DNA from: Tubiluchus corallicola
Lineage: Eukaryota > Animalia > Priapulida
Direction of reading: 5' to 3'
Assembly (NCBI GenBank): GCA_030141605.1
Contig: JAQGDQ010000371.1
Location: 62,001-126,000, forward strand
Length of the DNA stretch: 64,000 nt
In this document: positions 53,827 through 64,000 of the stretch, piece by piece
Layout of the letters: every line of letters begins with the position of its first letter
How positions within the stretch are numbered: the stretch's first letter is position 1
Program-made: the position numbers and the translations under genes
Notes under the pieces: model-generated
The model's database searches: none
What the model was told of the DNA's origin: nothing
What the model saw: the letters and a program-made list of their open reading frames with translations, nothing else

Positions 53827-54143
53827 CAATTGTCGCATTTTGAAATCAAACTTGTTCGAAAAACAGGAAAAATGAAAAAGTCGAGATACAGCCTAGAATT
53901 GAACCAGTGACATCTTGCGTACAAGACAAACGTCAAGACCATGAGACTACAGCTGGTGACAAGAAATGGTCTACCAGGTACAAGGATTGAATTAGAAATT
54001 TTCATTATCGCTGGGGCACGGTAATCTTGTGGTTTATGACGCGTCATGTAAGCGAGAAGTCGCTGGTTCAAATCTAGTCTGTGACCCGACTTTTTCACAT
54101 TTTCTGTCTCTAGAACAACCTTGGTTTCAAAACTCAACAATTG
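53827..54143. mobile_element. Inverted-repeat element with two outward-facing tRNA-like arms
   Basis: ~125-bp imperfect inverted arms, each with box A-like (TAGTCTCATGG / TAATCTTGTGG) and box B-like (GGTTCAATTC / GGTTCAAATC) motifs followed by a T run. Confidence 0.75.
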
Positions 54144-54342
54144 CAGGATTATTTCCATCAAAGATTACTGCTGATGCCCCTTAAAAGCTCATCAACTAAT
54201 TTTATGTAGCCATACGTTAAATACAGGCACAGGTTTTATAGATACTGAACACTAATACCTAAGCGACCACCATGTACTACTGTATTTTAGTAACACGAAA
54301 CACACAAGTAGTATAATGCTCCCTAAACATTGCTGTTTAACC

Positions 54343-54490
54343 ATAGAAATTAGTTTCGAATTTCGCCGAAACATAACGAAGCTCACAACACGTCTACAAA
54401 TATTCATTTCAAATATATATATATTTGAAATGAATATTTGTAGACGTGTTGTGAGCTTCGTTATGTTTCGGCGAAATTCGAAACTAATTT

Positions 54491-54494
<4 letters not shown>
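54343..54494. repeat. Perfect 152-bp palindrome
   Basis: 76-bp arms ATAGAAATTAGTTTCGAATTTCGCCG... with no spacer, centred on (TA)5 at 54418/54419. Confidence 0.98.
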
Positions 54495-54573
<79 letters not shown>

Positions 54574-54597
54574 TAGATAGATAGATATAGATACATA
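54494..54597. repeat. (TACATA)n microsatellite grading into (TAGA)n
   Basis: About 13 hexamer units directly abutting the palindrome. Confidence 0.97.
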
Positions 54598-57500
54598 TTA
54601 TATCTTGATATTAGTATAAAAAAATCTTTAACAAGTTAAAAAAGGAACCATGTTGACACACACATTTTAATTCTAATTTATAAAACAGATTAACAATTTT
54701 AAATATTTCCACTTAATATCTAAACGAGCTTTAAAAAAAATTTCAACTAAGTTGCCACATAGCATAACCTCAGTGATCTCAGTTAAAAATTAACATCTAT
54801 TATAAATTGGTAATTAAAATAGCTAAATATATTTTTTCGTCCAACAAACACTAATTACGAATTAACAAATTACACAATCATAGATTAAATTTTCTTTAAA
54901 TAAGATTGTGTAAGAAAATTCGTGATAAAAAAACCTGTTCAAAGCATTCTCTGCATTACTTTACTACATCAATTAAATTTTTTCAGCAACGCATTATTTG
55001 TTAGTTCTAGCAACTGGCAAATAAGCCTCTTTCATCCTGTCTGACTTGAGTTAAAAAATGGCAAGTTAGAATTTAGGTTAAGTACACATTTGACTCATTC
55101 AGAGACTTAAAGGCTTACAGGGTTAAGAATAAAGAACAGCTTACTACATTCATTAACTTGGGCACAGGGACTTTTATAAGGGCAAACCAAAATTGACTAA
55201 ACATTCCAGCATCAATTACTACATTTCTAAAGGCAAACTACCAGTATAAACAGTGAAAGTAGTGTATACAGTCAATTATTTAATAAAATAATTATTAAAA
55301 ATTTTTACTACAAATTTTATTAGAGGTGTTACGACATTTGATGCAAAAAAAAATTAAAAAAAACCTAAGATTAAAATAAAAATTAAATCCAGTTTCAAAA
55401 TAAACTTTCACACAACTAAATTCAAAAATTATTTTTCCATTATTAATTAAACTATAAGTAATATAATTAAAATTATCTGGATTAGATAGCTGACCAATGA
55501 AAAGTTTTGCCGAAAAAGACAATGAACAATGAGCAAGGAGAGCACAATGGTGCAGCCCAATTCAACAATGTACTAACCCATCTCAGACAAACAATAGGTG
55601 TTATGTGACGTCACACAATATGAAATTAGCAGCGTCACCAAAAAATGTAAGATCAAAAAACATTTTTAGTTGAATTATTCTTTAAAATATGTGCAAACCT
55701 TTACTAATTTCACTGGTTATTTTTAAAATAACAGAATGTTTTTAAGTATTTAATAATAAGCAAAAATGAAGCGCCCACAAAGTTTCATTTTAATATAAAA
55801 ATTTTACAAATAGTAAAAAAAAATCATAATTATTGTTGCAGGCAGAAATATGCAATAATTTTACATACCTTTTTAGGTAAACTCGCATTATTTGTAACAG
55901 ACTTTCATTTGAAAAATGTCTGATACCACCCAAAAACATTTTTTGGCTTTGTTTTACAAAAATTATAACATACAGATTGATATAACAATAAAATTCCTAT
56001 AAAAATAGAATAAAAAATAAAAATAAAATTTTGGATAATTCTGCTGCTCCACTAATGAGTTAAGATAGTAAGTGACAATGAATAGCAACCGAGACTAAAA
56101 CTGAACAAAACAAAACACTTGTGCAAATAAATTGCTTTACAAAAGCACAATTTTAACAACAGTACCTATAACAGCAGCCCTCTATTATTGACATAAAACT
56201 ATTAGCACAAAAATTACAGCAAAGGCTTTTGTGTCACATTTCACATTATGCAAAGCTGCCTTAACCCTTTCACATGCCACTTCAACTCTTTGCTGTAATC
56301 ATTTTTGAGCGTGGTTTGGACAATGCGCAGCAGCCCTGCTGGGCAATGTGTATTTATATAAAGTAAGCCCCATATTTATTCACCCCACATGAATTTAGGG
56401 TTGTGCCCTTTCAATTTTTAAATCCACTTAAAAACACGTTTGCGGCTATGAGCACGCTTAACTCTTTTGAAAAGCAACAAAAGTGTTTAAAATATCCCGC
56501 GACGTTTTTCGATCGATGTCGCGCCGGCTGCTCAGATGTTTTCAGCGCTCGGGCGCTTTTACGGAGCATGCTCAGCGCAAAATTCGAAACTTTTCAACAC
56601 GTGTCGCGAAACGGAAAATGAAAGATTCTGGATTTTTTTAAATTTTAAAGTTTTGTAAATTTTTTAAATGGGTTTAATGATGTTGTAAGGCATTGTCGAA
56701 CAAGGAAAGATCTAAATTACCAATTATTTTTTGTTTATTTTATAACGGTGAAAATTTTTTGTGATTTGCCTAAAATTTTGATGTGAGTTTTTGAAAAAAT
56801 CAAAACCTGGCAAAAAATTCTGTAGTTTAAGTGGTAAATGCACAAATCATAAAGCACATTGTTTGCATTGAAATAACCCATGGCAGAGTTAAGATTCTTT
56901 ATTTATACATAATGCACATTATTTACAAATGCCTTGTTGCTTTTTCTATTTTATGGCAAATAAAGCGTGCAAACTAGTTGGCATAAGATTTTTTCTTGTT
57001 CAATTTTTTTATGCATTATAGTAAACTGCAGTTTTAAATTTATGCATTTTTGTATGTACTGTTCAGGTTGGCTAAGTTGATGTGTCCAATCAACACACAA
57101 AATTCATGCACAATATTTTCCAAACTTTGCATAATAGGCACGAACTTTCCGCTTAAGCCACCATGGCGCTGCTGGCACACAGCTTAATTCGGACCCTTCA
57201 AAACGGATAAAGCTTATTTGACTACACGAATTTTCCAATACTCAATTTGCTCGCCCGTGGCCCCAGAATGTAGGCAAGAAAAACAAATTTCCATAATCAC
57301 ATCAAACATTTCTGATTTCTGCCCAAATTACATCACATCAGTCCGCCCCAGCAGCTGAAAAATTCCCATCAAAAGAGCTCCCTCCATGAATAGCGGCACA
57401 GACTCCCGCATTAAATTTATCTTCATCATCTTTATTGCAAAGAAAGTAATTGCTCCGAATTATCGCTGCCCTTTCACCTGCTACAAAGCCTCAATGAGAG

Positions 57501-59911
57501 CTATGCAGAATGGCTGCACGCCAGTCTGCATGCCTGCAACTTATATCCTGACCGTCCATTATTCCCGGGCAAAAATTGGGATGATTAGGAAGAAGTTCCA
57601 ATCTCAGCACAATGCCATAATGGCCCGGCTAAATATCCCCAGATACGCGAAGTGGTAAACGTGCAGAAAACCCTCCTGTGCCATATATTTCAATACATCT
57701 ACTACTTCATGCAGAGATAATACGAGTTTATGGGTAGTGGAATACACAAGCAGGCACTCATATGACAGCCAATCATAGACAATAAACCCAAATTTAAACG
57801 CAACCCAGTGTTATGAAGCAGCGCACAAGAACCCATAAATTTTATCAACCGCTGAGATCAATACAAATGCATAATAAAAATGCACGAGTCTCTGCCCATC
57901 TCTTTCTCCGTGCCACAACTTTTATCAAATCACTGGCGTCCAAAACCGACTAGAGAAAATTCGAAACACATTCGCACACGGTTAACACAACACGGAAAAA
58001 CTCACTCCGACGCGTATGCAAATTTGCTGCATTAAAACAGCGCCTACCTTTGCCAATCTAGCAGCTCGGGTTACTCTCTCTACCAAGTTAGTTTTAACGC
58101 AAGATCGCACCGTTGTGTACAATGTCTGTGTTACGCTGAAGACAGATAAGTCTGGGCTTCAGTGCCTTGCTGTAGACCTATGCATCACTACACCCTCGAC
58201 TTGAGTATATGCAGATCAGCAGCGCATTTGCATGTAGAATTTTTCCCTTAGTAAGCATAGCAACCGCATATCAATATGGACGGCCATGTTGGGCGCCGGA
58301 GGAGGTCTCCTCTTCCACACCACCGTGATTACCTCTCGTCTTATTTTACAGCTAAATGGAGTTTGCATTCGTTCGCACTCCCCACTTTGTCTATTAATAT
58401 TATATCAAAAGCAAACCAGAAAACACAGGCGTCAATATAGCATTAAATATTGAACTTCGGCAACTAGATTCACTAGTAATGCGAATAAAAGCGGGAAGCA
58501 GAACCATTTAGGCGCAGGGGGGTCGGTGTCGATGAAGGTATTAGTTACCCCCCTTTTCCGTATTTCATACACATCTCTGAAATGTACCCATTAAACTAAC
58601 TTTCAATATTTCCAGTTCGAAAATTTCAATTTGCAATACCTCAAGTTTGTACTGTCTTATCCAAGCTTACACCCTCATGTTAGATCCGCCATATATTACC
58701 ATGCGTTTAAAACCACTGAAATCACTGACTGTCCCACAGTTCAAGATTTCGAAGCCAGATTTATCTGTAAAGTTGGCAGGCACTAATCATGCAATCATAT
58801 CCCCATTAGCTAATACATCAATTCTTTACCCTGTCTTGTTTATATACACGTCTGCTGGTGGCAGAATTCATTTTCTAAGTCAGTTTTATTTGCCCGGGTT
58901 AATAGTTACAAGCCTTCGTTTCTTCCTATGAGTTATAGTCTATAAACAGGACAACGTGTGTTGTCTTTGCACGCTGATCATTTGAAAACGTGCTGTATTG
59001 GCTCGTAGAGTAGTTCTGCTTTAGACTGGGCACACAAACATTGGCCAATGCGCACATATGTACGACGGCCACTGCCAAAATCTGATTGGAAAAAGAAAAC
59101 TAACATGCGCGTAGAAAACCTAGTGCACATGTGTTGGCTACTGGCCTTACGCGCCTCTGCCCTCTTAGTAAAGTTCATTGGTTTCTCTATCCAACTTTCA
59201 ACGGATCAAACGTCTCAATGCGCAGCCCTGCAAACTGAAAATATAAGCAAAAAGTTCACACTGTAGCCAAGAAGCCAAATGAACAGTTGAACTGTTGAAA
59301 CAAAACCAAAATTCCAGAACTAAAAATTCCGAAAGTCTCAAAGCATGCTAAATACATGTATGTCCTGACGCAATAAGTTACAATTGGTTACAAGGGTAAA
59401 TTCCACCTTTTAGAAGGCAGGCACGGGTTCGATACAGCAGTCTGAAACTATAACTATAATTATAGCATACTACCAACCACGTGCTAGGGAGCATACTATA
59501 TATATTTTAAGAATTTCAGGCTGTCCTGACTCGTCTATTGCCAAAGACGGAGAGAGACAATTATCATCTCAAAAAGAACTTTAATTTAAAAAACGCCAAC
59601 AGTGATAATCTAAATCCAGTTACTCCCACCAATCGACAGTAAAACCTCACCAGCAGGTCAGCTTGCGTTGCCTATTAAAATGAAAACAGATTTTAATATG
59701 ATACAAGTAAGCTGTATAACAAACTGCAGACTGTAGACAAATATTTGTAAAGGAATGGCTGCTTCTCTTAACTTCTCTCGCTGCGTCAAGTAACAGGTAA
59801 AAGTTTGATAAGTAATACTAATCTACTAATTATACTAATTACTACTAATTACTCACCTATATCAAAATAACTGAATTTTAGACGTTCAAAAAATTAAATG
59901 GCTTAATATGC

Positions 59912-60554
59912 TTTGATTTTTTTTCATTTAACCTAGAAACAAACGTTAGATTTTTTTCATTAAACCTAGAAACAAACGTTTGATTTTTTTCATTAAACCT
60001 AGAAACAAATGTTTGATTTTTTTTCATTAAACCTAGAAACAAACGTTTGATTTTTTTCATTAAACCTAGAAACAAACGTTTGATTTTTTTTCATTAAACC
60101 TAGAAACAAACGTTTGGTTTTGTTCATTAAACCTAGAAACAAACGTTTGATTTTTTTTTTCATTAAACCTAGAAACAAATGTTTGATTTTTTTCATTAAA
60201 CCTAGAAACAAACTTTTGATTTTTTTTCATTAAACCTAGAAACAAACGTTTGATTTTTTTCATTAAACCTAGAAACAAATGTTTGATTTTTTTTCATTAA
60301 ACCTAGAAACAAACGTTTGATTTTTTTCATTAAACCTAGAAACAAACGTTTGATTTTTTTTCATTAAACCTAGAAACAAACGTTTGATTTTTTTCATTAA
60401 ACCTAGAAACAAATGTTTGATTTTTTTTTCATTAAACCTAGAAACAAACGTTTGATTTTTTTCATTAAACCTAGAAACAAACGTTTGATTTTTTTTTCAT
60501 TAAACCTAGAAACAAACGTTTGATTTTTTTCATTAAACCTAGAAACAAACGTTT
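59912..60554. repeat. 33-36-bp minisatellite, ~19 copies
   Basis: Unit CATTAAACCTAGAAACAAACGTTTGA(T)7-10; length varies in the T run. Confidence 0.99.
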
Positions 60555-61319
60555 AGACTGTAAAAAATGTCGAGTAACTTGAATTGAACTAAATAAAAAC
60601 AAACCAAAATTCATGAATTCCTTTTTCAAATTCTCAGTTCCTTTTGTCGACAAAAAGTTGCTGTTTCGGTAAAAGGAAATACGTTAAGTTACGGGACAAT
60701 TCTAGTCTAGTACAGTAGTAACGATACCCAAGCAGTACCCAAATGTTCCTGCAATAGCATTATTTTTAACTGATACTACAGATACGTTAAAAGTAAATAA
60801 AAGTGTAGTACCAAAATGTATGCAGCTTAGTAAAAAAGCACGTATCAAGTTTGACATAGTTAATTATAAAACTCGTGAAACATTCACAATACTTCAACTA
60901 ATAGACAGACGCATTTGTGGACACCATCATGAACATCATCATCATCATCACCGCCGCCGCCATTGCCGTCATCACCTCCATCAATTCCGTTTCATCCCAA
61001 GCGACCGGCTTCGGCTCACAATCTGCAATCAAAAGTTGTTATTATTAATTCATTAGGCATTATACGCGCAGCCGTAAGAAATTCTCTTGATCTTGTAAAT
61101 TAAACACACGGCTGTTCTGAACTTTCTGCGCTATTGAAAAAATTCACCGAAGTTTAACATTAATAATAAACCTTAAAGCACAAGAAAATCCTCCACTTAC
61201 ATAAAGCTTAAAAAATTCGTCTTGAAATTTTATACCATTACATGCTGCCTTTTTGCATATTAGGCTTGCGTCGGCAATAACGCTGTATAAAACACGTAAA
61301 TTTAAACTCCCGCGATGAC

Positions 61320-61700
61320 CGTTACACACAGCCATTTTGACGATAAGTCATTTGAAACAAGTTAAAATAACATTGTGTAATAATCGGGGCATTTGTAGCG
61401 CACACGTCACTAACTGAGTAAAATTTAAAATTACTGTATCTTGTTAGTAACATTAAAAATACGTTGGTGCCCCCTGGAGGGTGAGTCAACGACATTTCAC
61501 CAATTGGTGAAGGTATTTTAAATAATTAATCATTTTCTTTTCTAGTTACATAAGTCTTTCCAGCAGGTAAGCAAAATGCTAAGTAACATAACTTTGCATG
61601 GAAAGTTTTTTGGGACATAGTTTAACATTTACTTTCCTTCCCCTGATTTACGTTGTGCGTAAGTGACGTCATGTAATGGCGCCGTCGGAACAGTGTCGCC
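61320..61700. promoter_or_regulatory. Candidate bidirectional Pol II promoter
   Basis: Outward-facing YY1-type motifs (minus CAAAATGGC 61339-61331; plus TAATGGCG 61674-61681), full CRE TGACGTCA 61664-61671, local CpG enrichment, splice donors downstream on each strand. Confidence 0.4.
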
Positions 61701-62068
61701 GAAAATTTAAAATGAAAACAAACAAAAAAATCCTTTCAACGCGAGTGCGATATACGCATAAAATTGCTATAAAGTAGTATAATTTTTAAGGTGATTTTTC
61801 TGAAACCTACTTCAGGTACCTCTTTTCTTCTCCTTCAACTAGGGAAGAACAGACCAAAGTATGCAGGCCTATATATAAGCTCTATATTGGATAAGCCTAG
61901 TATGTTAGTATCATCATATAGTGTAGGCCTAAAACTGAAAAGAAGCCATCATAAGCCAAGGTGAGAATAAAAGATTTCCGCCCACGCTCAGGTACTATTC
62001 TGTAGAACGGATAATAAAACACGGACCACTGCTACGTGAAATATGGATGCCGATCTCCTATATATTAA

Positions 62069-62345
62069 AGGAAGACAGGATGATTTTTCATATATTACCC
62101 CATTTGCAAGTCCGATAAAAAATATACATTTTAACACAATTGATACAGCAAAAGCGTTTCTGGTAATTAAATAGTACATTAAAAACTTAACTGGCGGGCA
62201 AGCCCAACTATTTATTACGTCACAAACTAACATAATTTTCAACAGCAAAAATATTCCATGTAAGTCATTTTTAGTATGTTTCCTTTCAATATTTTAAAGA
62301 GTTAATCGTTTTGACATACAGTTTAAGATTGGGTCGGGCTTTGCT
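62069..62345. mobile_element. Non-autonomous TTAA-flanked DNA element (Kolobok/CryptonA-like), short copy
   Basis: TTAA at 62065-62068 and 62346-62349; termini AGGAAG and CTTTGCT; homologous to 12302-12492 joined to 12822-12915. Confidence 0.75.
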
Positions 62346-62471
62346 TTAACATTAATAGCTTTATGCATGTTTCCAACTCGGGCTTTTTCTCTAACACCTG
62401 CCTGTTCACGTTAATGAATGAAATTCTAAAAACACACAGGTGTTTCATAACTGAAAACGAATCGTAATTTA

Positions 62472-63990
62472 GCAGTTTCTTTATGCACAAGATTACGCGG
62501 GAACTTGCACAAGAAAAGTACTGCAAATCAGATACGCGTGCTATTGGAGGAAAGTTGCAGTTCTTTAGGTACAAGATTACGCAGGAACTTGTACAAGAAA
62601 AGTACTGCAAATCAGATACACGTACTATTGGAGGAAAGTTGCAGTTCCTTAGGTACAAGATTACGCAGGAACTTGCGCAAGAAAAGTACTGCAAATCAGA
62701 TACGTGTGCTATTGGAGGAAAGTTGCAGTTCTTTAGGTACAAGATTATGCAGGAACCTACACAAGAAAAGTACTGCAAATCAGATATGCGTGCTATTGGA
62801 GGAAAGTTGCAGTTCTTTAGGAACAAGATTACGCAGGAACCTACACAAGAAAAGTACTGCAAATCAGATACACGTGCTATTGGAGGAAAGTTGCAGTTCT
62901 TTAGGTACAAGATTACGCAGGAACCTGCACAAGAAAAGTACTGCAAATCAGATACGCGTGCTATTGGAGGAAAGTTGCAGTTCTCTAGGTACAAGATTAC
63001 GCAGGAACCTGCACAAGAAAAGTACTGCAAATCAGATACACTTGCTATTGGAGGAAAGTTGCAGTTCTTTAGGAACAAGATTACGCAGGAACCTGCACAA
63101 GAAAAGTACTGCAAATCAGAGACACGTGCTATTGGAGGAAAGTTGCAGTTCCTTAGGTACAAGATTACGCAGGAACCTGCACAAGAAAAGTACTGCAAAT
63201 CAGATACACTTGCTATTGGAGGAAAGTTGCAGTTCTTTAGGTACAAGATTACGCAGGAACTTGTGCAAGAAAAGTACTGCAAATCAGATACACGTGCAAC
63301 TGGAGGAAAGTTGCAGTTCTTTATGCACAATATTACACAGGAACTTGCATAAGAAAAGTACTGCAAATCAGATACGTGTGCTACTGGAGGAAAGTTGCAG
63401 TTCTTTAGGTACAAGATTACGCAGGAACCTACACAAGAAAAGTACTGCAAATCAGATACGCGTGCTATTGGAGGAAAGTTGCAGTTCTTTAAGTACAAGA
63501 TTACGCAGGAACTTGTACAAGAAAAGTACGGCAAATCAGATACACGTGCTATTGGAGGAAAGTTGCAGTTCTTTAAGTACAAGATTACGCAGGAACCTAC
63601 ACAAGAAAAGTACTGCAAATCAGATACGCGTACTATTGGAGGAAAGTTGCAGTTCTTTAAGTACAAGATTACGCAGGAACCTACACAAGAAAAGTACTGC
63701 AAATCAGATACGCGTGCTATTGGAGGAAAGTTGCAGTTCTTTAAGTACAAGATTACGCAGGAACCTACACAAGAAAAGTACTGCAAATCAGATACGCGTG
63801 CTATTGGAGGAAAGTTGCAGTTCTTTAAGTACAAGATTACGCAGGAACATACACAAGAAAAGTTCTGCAAGTCAGATACGCGTACTATTGGAGGAAAGTT
63901 GCAGTTCTTTAAGTACAAGATTACGCAGGAACTTGCATAAGAAAAGTACTGCAAATCAGATACACGTGCTATTGGAGGAAAGTTGCAGTT
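62472..63990. repeat. 84-bp minisatellite, ~18 copies
   Basis: Period 84 (ctgcaaatca at 62521, 62605, 62941); ends at a (TA)n run at the window edge. Confidence 0.99.
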
Positions 63991-64000
63991 ATATATATAT

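Noticed and set aside
61530-61575. Plus-strand 21-nt microexon (ttttctag|TTACATAAGTCTTTCCAGCAG|gtaagc)
   Set aside because: No supported upstream plus-strand exon to connect it to; such motifs arise by chance.

Overview
AT-rich, repeat-dense DNA from an animal (most likely invertebrate) nuclear genome; not prokaryotic. I recognise no intact protein-coding gene, rRNA, true tRNA or CRISPR array. All ORFs over 200 aa in the track come from tandem or low-complexity repeats. The window reads as intergenic or large-intron sequence with: non-autonomous DNA transposons (hAT-type with 8-bp TSDs, a piggyBac-type TTAA MITE, a pogo/Tigger derivative, a Kolobok/Crypton-like TTAA pair); tRNA-derived SINEs; 3' fragments of LINEs; minisatellite arrays (33, 38/50, 43, 84, ~120, 156 bp units); microsatellites; and unique stretches rich in homeodomain-type motifs. 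The most unusual structures are a perfect 152-bp palindrome, an element whose inverted arms are two outward-facing tRNA-like heads, and a minisatellite enclosed by LTR-like direct repeats. There is also weak evidence for a bidirectional promoter near 61.3-61.7 kb and for minus-strand spliced exons. I cannot support a claim of a new multi-gene system. Family assignments are from recalled motifs, not database searches.
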